Origin: Deltaproteobacteria bacterium
GTDB lineage: Bacteria > Myxococcota > Kuafuiibacteriia > Kuafuiibacteriales > Kuafuiibacteriaceae
Direction of reading: 5' to 3'
Assembly (NCBI GenBank): GCA_040218735.1
Contig: JAVJQW010000047.1
Coordinates: 32,001 to 96,000 of the forward strand
DNA length: 64,000 bases
The position numbers and the translations under genes are program-made. Positions 1-9,327 of this stretch are shown in pieces (position 1 is the first letter of the stretch; the number at the start of each line of letters is the position of its first letter). Below the pieces are notes generated by a model that was given only the letters and a program-made list of their open reading frames with translations, was not told where the DNA came from and did not search any database.

Positions 1-498
1 GCGGCGTTCCGAGCAGCGCGGTCGGCGCATCGCAACGTCGCGGCCGCGCTACGTCGCACCGGCGGGACGGCGGTGCCGGCGCAGAGCTCCGATTGGTACT
101 GGGAGGAGTACGAGCGCCTCAACGGCGACGGCACCGAGTTCCGCGTGTTCGTCCGCTACGACGTGACGCCTGCTTCGATGGACGCGCTGGTTTCGACGTA
201 CTCGACACCGAAGTCGGTCCTCGGCGTGACGGTGCTGACCTCGTTCCCCTCCGTGGGCTGGGGGCGCCCCGACGGCTCCGTCGGCGCGTTCACCGTGGAC
301 GTTAAGGGCGGACCGCTGAAGAGCCTCGGCGTGGCCGTGGGGAGTGTCTTCCTCGACGTCGCCGACCAACCCGTCCGCGACGCGTCCGACTTCGCGACGC
401 GCATTCAGGACGAGTTCGACACGAAGGCTTCGCGCGATGGTGCGCTTCGGTTCGTCCTCATGAACGCGGACGGCGAGAAGCAGAAGATCGGCGACTGA
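1..498 (+). CDS. Hypothetical protein, 5'-truncated by window edge (possible PDZ-like C-terminus)
   Basis: Frame 1 is open from base 1 to TGA at 496-498 with GC3-rich codons. The C-terminal 'GVAVGSVFLDVADQPVRDASDF' resembles a PDZ segment. Confidence 0.55.
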   Translation, partial: AAFRAARSAHRNVAAALRRTGGTAVPAQSSDWYWEEYERLNGDGTEFRVFVRYDVTPASMDALVSTYSTPKSVLGVTVLTSFPSVGWGRPDGSVGAFTVDVKGGPLKSLGVAVGSVFLDVADQPVRDASDFATRIQDEFDTKASRDGALRFVLMNADGEKQKIGD

Positions 499-513
499 GG
501 CGAGTCGATCCCG

Positions 514-1755
514 ATGCGACGTCACGGGCCCGCGGCGCACCTCGCCGCTCCTTGGGCCGCGGCGCTCCTCGCCGTGGTCGCTTGCACGGAGCAACGTCCG
601 GCCAAGAAGTCGGACGCGCCCGCGTTCGCCGGTTGGTACCGCGCGACGCTGAACGACGGCGACGGGCTCGAGGTGCCGTTCTTCATCTCCCTGCCGGCCG
701 ACCCCGGCAAACACGAGGCGGTCGTCACCAACGGGCGACAGTGGACCGCGACCGAGCACCGCTGGTCCGGCAAGCGCGTCCACGTGGAGTTCGGCGTCTA
801 CGCCACCGCCATCGACGCCACCGTCGACGACACCAGCACACTCGTGGGGAAGTGGACGCACAAGTCACGCCAGTGGTCGGGGACTTCGCTCGCGTTCCGC
901 GCCGAGCGCGTCGAGGAGCCGGACCCGGCTCTGAAGTTCGAGGCGAGCCAGGGGCCGCCCAAGGCCGACTTCGCCGGAACGTGGAAGCTCACGACGACGG
1001 ACGGAAAGATCGCGAAGTTGGAGGTGGACCACGACGGGCCGGCCGTCGTGAACGCGACCATCTGGTTCGCCGACGGGGTGTCCGAGTTCGTGTCCGGAAA
1101 CGTGAGTGGTGCGCAGGCCCAGCTGTCGACCTTCGATGGTGTGGCGCCCTCGCTGCTCACACTGCTGCGCGGCGATGCGGGCGTGAAGGGCATGTGGATC
1201 ACGAACCCCGACCTCGACAAACGCATCGTGTTCACGGGGAAGCGGGTGGAGACGCTCGACCTCCCCGCGCCGGTAAAGGTGAGCGCGGCGGACGGGCGGA
1301 TCGGTCTCCCCGAGCTCGAGCACCCGCGCTACGCCGGGCACCCGGTCATCGTGCAGCTCGTCGGGAGCTGGTGTGCGCACTGCAAGAATGCGGCGCCCGT
1401 CATGACGAAGATCCACGAGACGCTGCGGCCGAAGGGGCTCCAGATGCTCACGATCGACTACGAGTTCACCTCGGACTCCAGCTACAACCTGGAGCGCGCG
1501 GCGCGACTGAAGAAGGAATACGGGATCACTTGGCAGCTGATCACGCGTGACGGCAGCGCCGATGAGTTCTGGAAGATCGTACCCACGGGGCTCAGCGGGC
1601 CCGAGCCGTTCGCGGCGTTCCCGATGACCTTTTTCATCCGCCCCAACGGTAAGGTGCACGCGTACCACGCCGGGTTCGTCGGGGTCGAATCGAAGGAAGC
1701 GCACGCCCAGCTCGTCGCTCGGTTCGAGCGTTGGGCGGGTGAGCTGCTCCAATAA
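514..1755 (+). CDS. TlpA/redoxin-family thiol-disulfide oxidoreductase lipoprotein
   Basis: Lipobox LAVVAC; C-terminal thioredoxin fold with GSWCAHC and cis-Pro motif AFPMTFFI. Confidence 0.8.
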   Translation: MRRHGPAAHLAAPWAAALLAVVACTEQRPAKKSDAPAFAGWYRATLNDGDGLEVPFFISLPADPGKHEAVVTNGRQWTATEHRWSGKRVHVEFGVYATAIDATVDDTSTLVGKWTHKSRQWSGTSLAFRAERVEEPDPALKFEASQGPPKADFAGTWKLTTTDGKIAKLEVDHDGPAVVNATIWFADGVSEFVSGNVSGAQAQLSTFDGVAPSLLTLLRGDAGVKGMWITNPDLDKRIVFTGKRVETLDLPAPVKVSAADGRIGLPELEHPRYAGHPVIVQLVGSWCAHCKNAAPVMTKIHETLRPKGLQMLTIDYEFTSDSSYNLERAARLKKEYGITWQLITRDGSADEFWKIVPTGLSGPEPFAAFPMTFFIRPNGKVHAYHAGFVGVESKEAHAQLVARFERWAGELLQ

Positions 1756-1848
1756 ACAGCGTATCCGAAACACTTCCGCGGCCTTTCGCGAGCCACCGAC
1801 TCAACTCTGTATCTCGGCTGTCCGATTGGTCACGTCGAGGTACTCGAA

Positions 1849-2304
1849 GTGACGGCCATCCACGCAATCAAGGCTTACACGGTCGACGGCGCCATCACCG
1901 AGGACACGGACTTCTCCGACTACCTCGGCGCCCCCGGCGAGGTGCTGCGGCTCGATTTGTCGGGTGTCGCGCGCATCAACTCCTGCGGAGTCCGGGAGTG
2001 GCTCAACTTCGTACGCGCCGTGGAGGCCTCCGGGGGACGTGTCATCCTGGAACGCTGCTCCAGCGCGATCGTCGGCCAGCTCAACCTCATCTACAACTTC
2101 ACCGGGAAACACGGCGAAGTGTGTTCGGTCCTCGCGCCCTACGCGTGTGACGACTGCGGACACGAAGAAGACCGGCTGATCGAGCTGGAGGCGGGCGCGG
2201 ATGTCGAGGCGCTGACCGGTCCGAGCGACTGCCCAAGCTGCAACGCGCAGATGGAGTTCGCGGACCTGCCCGACTACTACCTCCAGTTCTTCGTCCTCGG
2301 GTAA
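1849..2304 (+). CDS. STAS-like anti-anti-sigma protein with C-terminal zinc ribbon
   Basis: LDLSGVARINSCGVREW (STAS phospho-Ser loop); CDDC...CPSC. Confidence 0.7.
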   Translation: MTAIHAIKAYTVDGAITEDTDFSDYLGAPGEVLRLDLSGVARINSCGVREWLNFVRAVEASGGRVILERCSSAIVGQLNLIYNFTGKHGEVCSVLAPYACDDCGHEEDRLIELEAGADVEALTGPSDCPSCNAQMEFADLPDYYLQFFVLG

Positions 2305-2309
2305 CGCGC

Positions 2310-3284
2310 ATGTATCGCTCCAAAGTCCTGGTCCTCGTCGAGTCCACGCCGCTCGTTCGGACGATCCGTCGCGCGCTCTTCGCTGCGGGTTGTGAGACCA
2401 AACGAATCCCGATGGACGTCGACGCGCTCGGCCCAGAGCTGGACGAAGGCTACGACATCTACATCGTCGACGGTGACGCACCGTCGGAGCGCGTGGACCC
2501 CGTGCTCGAGCTCCTTCGCACGCGCGTGGACCCGGCGCGGCTGCTGCTGCTCTCCCAACACCTCGACGAGCGCATCGGCAAGCAGATCGTCGAGGGCGCG
2601 GCGGACAACACCCTCGCGAAGGGCGGCTCGTACGCGGTCGTGCGTGAAGGCCTCGACGAGGCCGAGCTGATCGCCACGTGCCGCAAGATCCTCACCGGAC
2701 GCATCTTCGGGATCCGTCGGTGCCTGCGCCACGGGATGGTCCCGATTCACAAGGAGCGCATCGGCCGCGCCCAAGAGCGTCACGCCGCGCTCGAGACGCT
2801 GCAGGACTACCTCGACAACCTCGATCTCCCGCGGAGCCTGCGTTCGTCGATCCTCACCGTCGCGGACGAGTTGATCATGAACGCGATCTTCAACGCACCG
2901 GCGCGTGACGACGGTACGCCGAAGTACCGCGACCGGCCGCGCTCGGAGGACATCCAGCTCGAGACCGACGAGGAGGTCGAGCTCCGATTTTGCTGCGACG
3001 GTCAGTACCTCTACCTGTCCGTGGAGGATCCGTTCGGCACGCTCGATCGGGACACGATCGTTCGCTACATCGGTTCGGGCCTGATGCGGCGGCGCGGTCA
3101 GATGGAGGAGAAGGAGCAAGGCGCGGGCCTCGGGCTGTTCATGGTGTTCAGCTCGATCAACCAACTGGTCTTCAACGTTCAACGGAAGAAGCGAAGCGAG
3201 ATCATCGCCGGCTTCTACGTGCGCGACGGGCTGCGCGGCTTTCGCGAGGCCGGGCAGTCGCTGAACTTCTTCTTCACGGGGTGA
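2310..3284 (+). CDS. Receiver-like domain plus HATPase_c (anti-sigma/RsbW-like) protein
   Basis: N-terminal degenerate receiver; ADELIMNAIFNA N-box, VEDPFG, GAGLGLF G-box. Confidence 0.7.
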   Translation: MYRSKVLVLVESTPLVRTIRRALFAAGCETKRIPMDVDALGPELDEGYDIYIVDGDAPSERVDPVLELLRTRVDPARLLLLSQHLDERIGKQIVEGAADNTLAKGGSYAVVREGLDEAELIATCRKILTGRIFGIRRCLRHGMVPIHKERIGRAQERHAALETLQDYLDNLDLPRSLRSSILTVADELIMNAIFNAPARDDGTPKYRDRPRSEDIQLETDEEVELRFCCDGQYLYLSVEDPFGTLDRDTIVRYIGSGLMRRRGQMEEKEQGAGLGLFMVFSSINQLVFNVQRKKRSEIIAGFYVRDGLRGFREAGQSLNFFFTG

Positions 3285-3288
3285 CGCA

Positions 3289-4929
3289 GTGTCGTTCCGG
3301 TCCATCGCAGTGCAGATCGCGGTCGCGCACATCGACCCGGCGTTGCTCCTCGATCTCGAGGGGCGCGTGCTCGCGTTCAATCGTGCGTTCTGCGAGTTGA
3401 CCGAGCTCCGCCCCCGCCAGCTTCAGCGCCGACTCGACGCCGTGGAGACCGCGTTCGAGCTCGTGGGCGGCGCCGAGGACCATGACCTGTTCCGGGTGGC
3501 CGTCGAACAGGGGCGGTCCGTCAACGCGCAGAAGCGCAACGTACCTTGCGCCGCGAACGAGCTCACGGAGGCCATGACGGGCCTGGTGCCGCTCCGCGAC
3601 GGCGACGGGCCGATCGACTGCGTCCTGTACACCGTCCGCGACCTCTCGGCGGAGGCACGAACGCAAGACAAGTTGCGCGTCATGATCGACCAGGAGCGCG
3701 CGCGCGCCGACGAGCTGGAGGCCCGCGTCCTCGAACGGACCCAAGAGCTGGAGGCCTCGCGCCGAGCAGCGGAGGCCGCAGCGCACAGCAAGAGCGAGTT
3801 CCTGGCGACGATGAGCCACGAGCTGCGGACGCCGATGAACGCGATCATGGGTCTCGTGTCGTTGGTGCTCGACGACGACCACCTGCAGGGGGACTCGCGC
3901 GACTCACTCAAGCTGGTCGAGGCCAGCTCCAAGGCGATGCTCGTGATGCTGAGCGACGTCCTCGACTTCTCGAAGATCGAAGCCGGACGCCTGGAGCTGG
4001 AATCCATCGCGTTCGATCTCCCGCTCCTCACGCGGCAGGTCGGTCGGTTGATGGGCGTGCAGGCGAGCTCGAAGGGGCTCGACTGGGGGGTTCAGATCGA
4101 CGACGCAATCGCGCGACACGTCGTGGGTGATCCGGTGCGGCTCCGGCAGGTCCTCACGAACCTCACGAACAACGCGGTCAAGTTCACGGAGTCCGGCGGC
4201 ATCTACGTGCGAATCGCCGCGGTCGAGGATCGTGTGCGCTTCGAGGTCGAGGACAGCGGCATCGGGATCTCGGCCGAGCACCAGGCGAAGATCTTCGACA
4301 AGTTCACGCAGGCCGAGAGCTCGACCACGCGCCGCTTCGGCGGCACGGGGCTGGGCCTCGCGATCTGTCGTCACCTCGTGGAGCTGATGGGCGGCCAGAT
4401 CCAGGTGAAGAGCGAGATCGGACGAGGCACGACGTTCTACTTCGACATCCCGATGGCCTCCGCCGACGCGCCGACCGAGACCACGCGGAAGGTGGCGCAC
4501 TCCGTCGAACACTTCGACCTCGACGTACTGCTCGTCGAGGACAACCCGGTGAATCAGAAGGTCGCCACGAAGATGCTCGAGCGCCTCGGGTGCCGCGCAC
4601 GAATCGCCGGGAGCGGCTACGAAGCCATCGCGGAGGCGCAGCACCACACCTTCGATCTGATCCTCATGGACTGCCAGATGCCGGGCATGGACGGCCTCGA
4701 GGCGACGCGCGAGATCCGGGCGCTCGGAGGGCGCTGCGCTCGGGTCCCGATCATCGCGCTCACCGCGAACGTGCAGGACGGCGTCCGCGAGCGATGCCTC
4801 GAGGTGGGCATGAACGACTACCTGTCGAAGCCCATCGATCGCGGCGCGCTCCGAACGACGATTCAGACCTGGAGCACGCCCGACGAAGATCGGCGCGCGC
4901 CCGGCGTCAGCGCAGCGGCCCACGAATGA
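3289..4929 (+). CDS. PAS-containing hybrid sensor histidine kinase/response regulator
   Basis: FLATMSHELRTPMN H-box, NLTNNAVKFT, DSGIGI, GGTGLGL, receiver LILMDCQMPGMDG. Confidence 0.95.
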   Translation: MSFRSIAVQIAVAHIDPALLLDLEGRVLAFNRAFCELTELRPRQLQRRLDAVETAFELVGGAEDHDLFRVAVEQGRSVNAQKRNVPCAANELTEAMTGLVPLRDGDGPIDCVLYTVRDLSAEARTQDKLRVMIDQERARADELEARVLERTQELEASRRAAEAAAHSKSEFLATMSHELRTPMNAIMGLVSLVLDDDHLQGDSRDSLKLVEASSKAMLVMLSDVLDFSKIEAGRLELESIAFDLPLLTRQVGRLMGVQASSKGLDWGVQIDDAIARHVVGDPVRLRQVLTNLTNNAVKFTESGGIYVRIAAVEDRVRFEVEDSGIGISAEHQAKIFDKFTQAESSTTRRFGGTGLGLAICRHLVELMGGQIQVKSEIGRGTTFYFDIPMASADAPTETTRKVAHSVEHFDLDVLLVEDNPVNQKVATKMLERLGCRARIAGSGYEAIAEAQHHTFDLILMDCQMPGMDGLEATREIRALGGRCARVPIIALTANVQDGVRERCLEVGMNDYLSKPIDRGALRTTIQTWSTPDEDRRAPGVSAAAHE

Positions 4930-6913
4930 AGCGATGCGGCGCCGTCGCGTCGCGCACACACGCCTCGAGCGCCTCGCCGCTCTTCTTCGCCGCCTGACAG
5001 GCGCGCAGCGCGTGCAGCGCCGTGACCGCGGCGAAGCTCGGCGTGTACGTCCAGCTCGGTGCAAACGTCGTCCGCTCCAGCGGGCCCCACCGCACATCGG
5101 CCTCGCGGTGCGCGACCTCTTCGACGATCCCGAACGCCTGGTCGATCCCCTGCACCGCGTCTCCGCGACGTGCGCCGAGGAAGTAGTCACGCGCCTGACT
5201 TCTTGCGTCGCCGGCGTCGAAGAGGTGCTGCACGAGGAGCTCGACGAAGCGCCGGCGTTCGGCGTGGGTCATGGTGTTGGGCGCCTTCGGCATCTTGTCG
5301 AACGCGACCTGGTCGGCCATCCGCAGGAGGAGCGCACGCGGGAGCTGCTCGGGTCGGAAGTCGAACGGCTTCCCGAGCGAGCGACTCGGATCGAGGTAGG
5401 TGTCCTCGTAGTGGCACTCGATGCAGTGCTCCTTCAGCATCACGCGCAGCGCAGCGGAGACCTCGGTCGTGTCTTCGCTCGGCGGGGGTGCGGGCTTCGA
5501 CGCCAAGGACATCTTCAACGCCGCGGCCAACGCACGCTGAAAGCTGTGCGTCTGTTCGACGACCCGCGTGACCTCCTCGAAGTGGTGCGGCTCCGCGGCG
5601 TCGGCGAGCACGTGTTCGACGATGCGCGTCGCCATACAGCGATCGAACTCTGGCTGCGCGACAGCGAGCTCAGCGAACCCGGCGGGGGTCAGCGGGCCTT
5701 CACCCCGCTTGTCGTCGATGTCCGCCTGATACAGCGGGCCGCGACCGGAACGCGCCGCAGTGGCCGTGTAGTGCAGCGAGGCGCGTGAGTCGGAGTAACC
5801 GAGGAAGAACTGAAAGCCGTAGTCCATTCGCGCGTGACACCCCGTGCAGAACTCCATCGACGCGAGGCGTTTCCAGCTGTCGTGCTCGAACGCGAGGTTG
5901 CCGGAGTGAACGACTTCGAGGACACGCTCCGTCGTCGCGCCGAAGCCCTCCCCGCTCTTGCACCACAGCACCTCGTAGAAGATCCGCTGGCGCTGGCGCC
6001 GATCCGGGACGAGGTGAAGGAGCTGCGGCGCGGTGAGCAGCCCCGCGTGCTGCCCTTCGACGCTCGATGAACGCGGCGCCCACTTGCCAGCGCGAGGCCA
6101 TCGGTCGAGCTCGGCGAGGAGCGGCTGTGCGTCGACGCGCTGTTCACGGCCGATGCGCCGACGGCGATCCAACAGCTCGGCGTCGCGCGTGCGGAACGTC
6201 GTTTCACCGGTGAAGAGGGTCTCGATCGGGAGGTCGTGCTCGAAGACGTGCGCCGTGGTCTTCACGACCTCGTCCTGCAGCGCGGCTCTCAACTCGGAGT
6301 ACTGCGCGTAGTCGCGTGCGCAGCGGATCAGGTTCGGGCCACAACCGCAGACCGAAGCGCGCTCCAGCTCCGGCGATCCGATCTTGCTGTCACACGCGAG
6401 GGGGATGTCGGCGCGGTAGTCCTGCTCTTCGTGCGTCAGCGTCCACTTGTCCGGGCGATGGGCATCGGGGCAGACGCGGATCTTCCGCGACAGGTTCCAC
6501 CATGGCGCGACGGCTTCGGCGTCCTTCGCCTCGCACGGCTCGCGCAGGTAGTAGACGGAGCGTCCGGCACGGTCGGGCTCGGTCTGCGAGAGGACGAAGC
6601 CGAACGGCACCGCGAAGTAACTCGCGGGCTCGAGGTACGGCGCAAACAACAGGCGCGGGAGCACCTTCGATCCGAACCTTGGGTCGCGCGAGAGCTGATC
6701 GGCGAGCGTCGTGATGTCGGCGCCGTTGGCGATCTTCTCGGACCACCGCGCGACGTCCTCGTCGGCGGTGGAGCCGGTGGTCATCCAGAACAAACGCTGC
6801 ACGCGCGGGTCGGGCGGGCGCTCGACGACGGCCGGCGGCGGTGCCTCCTCACACCCTTCACAACCGCCGAGGACGGTCAGCGCGAGCAGCGCCGATATCG
6901 ATCGTGTCCTCAT
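4907..6913 (-). CDS. Exported c-type cytochrome-motif protein (DUF1585/DUF1588-like partner of DUF1501)
   Basis: Lipoprotein signal LGGC; two CxxCH motifs (CTGCH, CIECH); overlaps the DUF1501-like gene. Confidence 0.6.
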   Translation of the reverse strand: MRTRSISALLALTVLGGCEGCEEAPPPAVVERPPDPRVQRLFWMTTGSTADEDVARWSEKIANGADITTLADQLSRDPRFGSKVLPRLLFAPYLEPASYFAVPFGFVLSQTEPDRAGRSVYYLREPCEAKDAEAVAPWWNLSRKIRVCPDAHRPDKWTLTHEEQDYRADIPLACDSKIGSPELERASVCGCGPNLIRCARDYAQYSELRAALQDEVVKTTAHVFEHDLPIETLFTGETTFRTRDAELLDRRRRIGREQRVDAQPLLAELDRWPRAGKWAPRSSSVEGQHAGLLTAPQLLHLVPDRRQRQRIFYEVLWCKSGEGFGATTERVLEVVHSGNLAFEHDSWKRLASMEFCTGCHARMDYGFQFFLGYSDSRASLHYTATAARSGRGPLYQADIDDKRGEGPLTPAGFAELAVAQPEFDRCMATRIVEHVLADAAEPHHFEEVTRVVEQTHSFQRALAAALKMSLASKPAPPPSEDTTEVSAALRVMLKEHCIECHYEDTYLDPSRSLGKPFDFRPEQLPRALLLRMADQVAFDKMPKAPNTMTHAERRRFVELLVQHLFDAGDARSQARDYFLGARRGDAVQGIDQAFGIVEEVAHREADVRWGPLERTTFAPSWTYTPSFAAVTALHALRACQAAKKSGEALEACVRDATAPHRFIRGPLR

Positions 6914-8157
6914 GTGTCGAAGAGGAAACTCAACCGTCGACCGTTGTAGCCGAAACGCTCCGGCTCCAGGCCGGCGAGGTGGAGGAGGCTCGCGCCGATG
7001 TCATCGAGCACCGGGACCGTGCCGCCCTTCTTCGGGTGGCGTCCGGTGGAGAGCGAGATCGGGAGGCCCTCCATCTGTTGGCCCGTCGCACCGAACACAC
7101 GCCCGCCGCCCACGCCGCGCCCGATCGTGAGGAACGAGGTCTGCGGGAGGTGGTCCTTGCCGAGCATGTCGTTGAGCTGCGGGAAGCGCCCCAGATCCGA
7201 ACCGACGAGGAACAGCGTGTTGTCGAGGAGTGGCCCGTGTCGGTTCTTCTTCGCGCGGAGGGTGTCGAGGAGGCGCGTGAAGTGGCGAACGAACAGCTGC
7301 GTGATGTGCGCTTGGCGAGGGGTGTTGTTGACGTGGGTGTCCCAAGACAGCGGTGCGGCCTCGACGAAGACACACGGCGTGAGGTCGTGTTCGATCAACC
7401 AGGCGGTTCGGTCGAGGTCCTCGCCGAGCGCCTGCGTCGCGTAGTCATCGGAGTGGCGAGTCTTCTTGAACGCGGGAGTCTCGCTGAGCCGTTGGAACCA
7501 CGCGCCCGCCTCCGCCAGGTGCCGCACCGTCCCCTTCGCCGAGGACGAGAGACCGCGCGCCTTCTCACTGCGCGCGTGCTCGGCGAGCGCCTTCGCCATC
7601 ACGCGCTGCTCCTCGGGCGTGGTGGTGTCGCCGACCTCGAGGAGATCGTTCCCCGCGAAGTAGATCTGATCCGTCCCGCCGAAGAAGCTCGGCGTGTAGA
7701 GCGAGCGATGCGACGTCCCGAGGTACACGGCCGGGACCGGCTGCCCATCGCGGTCCGCTCCGATGAGGTCGAGGATCGACGGCATCCGCGGCGAAGCGTT
7801 CGTCTTCAGACGCGCGTACTGCGTGATGCCCGTGTCGTGGTTGGCGGTGGCGACCTGCACGCCGTTGAGGAAGCTGATCCGCGACGCATAGTCCGCGATC
7901 CCCGCGAGGTGCGGACCGATCCGTAGGCCGCCCTTCTCGACGATCGACTCCGCCGACGTGAAGTCGAGCCCCGGTGCGAGCTCGCTCTTGGTCTTCGGAT
8001 CGGTGGTGTACACGGCGTCGTGGCCGCCGCTGAGGAGGACGAGCACGACGTACCGAGGCGCTTCGCGGCGCGTGGCGTAGGCCCGGGACGGCCAGCTCTC
8101 GGTGACGAAGGATGCGCTCGCCAGGCCGGCGACGCGCAGGAAGTCGCGGCGGTCCAT
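6910..8157 (-). CDS. Tat-exported DUF1501-family protein
   Basis: MDRRDFLR Tat motif; LSGGHD, WDTH, SDLGRFP, KDH motifs. Confidence 0.8.
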   Translation of the reverse strand: MDRRDFLRVAGLASASFVTESWPSRAYATRREAPRYVVLVLLSGGHDAVYTTDPKTKSELAPGLDFTSAESIVEKGGLRIGPHLAGIADYASRISFLNGVQVATANHDTGITQYARLKTNASPRMPSILDLIGADRDGQPVPAVYLGTSHRSLYTPSFFGGTDQIYFAGNDLLEVGDTTTPEEQRVMAKALAEHARSEKARGLSSSAKGTVRHLAEAGAWFQRLSETPAFKKTRHSDDYATQALGEDLDRTAWLIEHDLTPCVFVEAAPLSWDTHVNNTPRQAHITQLFVRHFTRLLDTLRAKKNRHGPLLDNTLFLVGSDLGRFPQLNDMLGKDHLPQTSFLTIGRGVGGGRVFGATGQQMEGLPISLSTGRHPKKGGTVPVLDDIGASLLHLAGLEPERFGYNGRRLSFLFDT

Positions 8158-8175
8158 GCGAACCGGTGCTGCGGT

Positions 8176-9234
8176 CTACTCGATCACCTCGACGGTCACG
8201 CAGCGGTTTTTCTTGCTCCACTTCGGCGAGAAGACCGGGTTGTTCTCGCCGTCGCTGCGGGTCTCGATGCGGTTGGCGGATACGCCGATCTTCGCGAGCA
8301 CCGACTGCGCCGCCTCGGCGCGGCGCTGACCGAGCGTGAGGTTGTAGTCGGCCGGGCCCGAGCTGTCGGTGTGACCGGTGAGGACGACCGAAGCGCTGGG
8401 GTGATCTTCGAGGTACGACGCGATCTCACTCAGCGCCTTGCGACCGGAGCGACCGACGGAGTTCGAGTTGAAACCGAAGTTGACGAACGCACGCGCGGGG
8501 CGCTCGCCGCCGGACTTCGGGACGTCGAGCGTGCGGACCGCCAGCGTGACCTCCTTGGCCTTCGGCTTCGGCGCCGTCGCGCGGGCGACCTTCACCGGCT
8601 CGCTCTTCTTGGGCGCGGGGGCCGGCGCGACCTTCTTCACCGGCTCGGGCGCGGGCTCGGGCTCGGGCTCCGGCTCGGCGCGCGCTACGACGGGCGCGGG
8701 CTCCGGCTCCGGCTCCGGCGCTTCCTTCACGGGCTCGACCGCGCGCGCCGCCTCGGGCGCACCGCGACCGGCGGCCACGAGCGTGCGATCGCCGTCGCCT
8801 TCCGTCGGGCCGGCGGCCACGGCGACACGCGAGGGTGCTGCCGCGAGGACCGGCCGATCCCCGGCGAGCGCCTGCTCGACCGAAGCGAGGCTCGCGCGCG
8901 GCCGGCTTCGCACCGACACGACCTTCGAGTTCGTGAAGATCGTCTCCGCTTCGCGAACCTTCGAAGGCTCATCGACCATCACGACGCCGTAGCCGCTGTT
9001 CTTCGCGCCGGACAGCGAGTCGACCGTGTCGACCTTGTGACCGGCGCGGCCGAGGATCTTCTCCATCTTCTTCGACGAGTCACCGACGAGGAGGATCCGG
9101 CTCGGGTTCTTGGACGGCGGAATGGGTTTGTTGACCTGCGTCGCCTTGACGGAGAGCTTGAGGCCGCAGGCTTCGGCCTCCGCGTCCACCAGCAAGAGAG
9201 CCAGCGCACCGATCGCGATCACTTTGAACGTCAT
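8176..9234 (-). CDS. OmpA-family peptidoglycan-binding protein
   Basis: Signal peptide; Pro/Glu-rich linker; C-terminal GHTDSSGPADYNLTLGQRRAEA...KNRCV. Confidence 0.9.
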   Translation of the reverse strand: MTFKVIAIGALALLLVDAEAEACGLKLSVKATQVNKPIPPSKNPSRILLVGDSSKKMEKILGRAGHKVDTVDSLSGAKNSGYGVVMVDEPSKVREAETIFTNSKVVSVRSRPRASLASVEQALAGDRPVLAAAPSRVAVAAGPTEGDGDRTLVAAGRGAPEAARAVEPVKEAPEPEPEPAPVVARAEPEPEPEPAPEPVKKVAPAPAPKKSEPVKVARATAPKPKAKEVTLAVRTLDVPKSGGERPARAFVNFGFNSNSVGRSGRKALSEIASYLEDHPSASVVLTGHTDSSGPADYNLTLGQRRAEAAQSVLAKIGVSANRIETRSDGENNPVFSPKWSKKNRCVTVEVIE

Positions 9235-9327
9235 CACGTTCAAAGCTCGCTCATTCGGTTGCGATTCGCAAAGGTTGGTCCGACCCACACCGTCGCCCAA
9301 CAGGCGACGGTCACCCACGCGCTACGC

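Noticed and set aside
8640-8720. Low-complexity GGCTCG/GGCTCC repeat
   Set aside because: It encodes the ordinary Pro-Glu linker of the OmpA-family protein.
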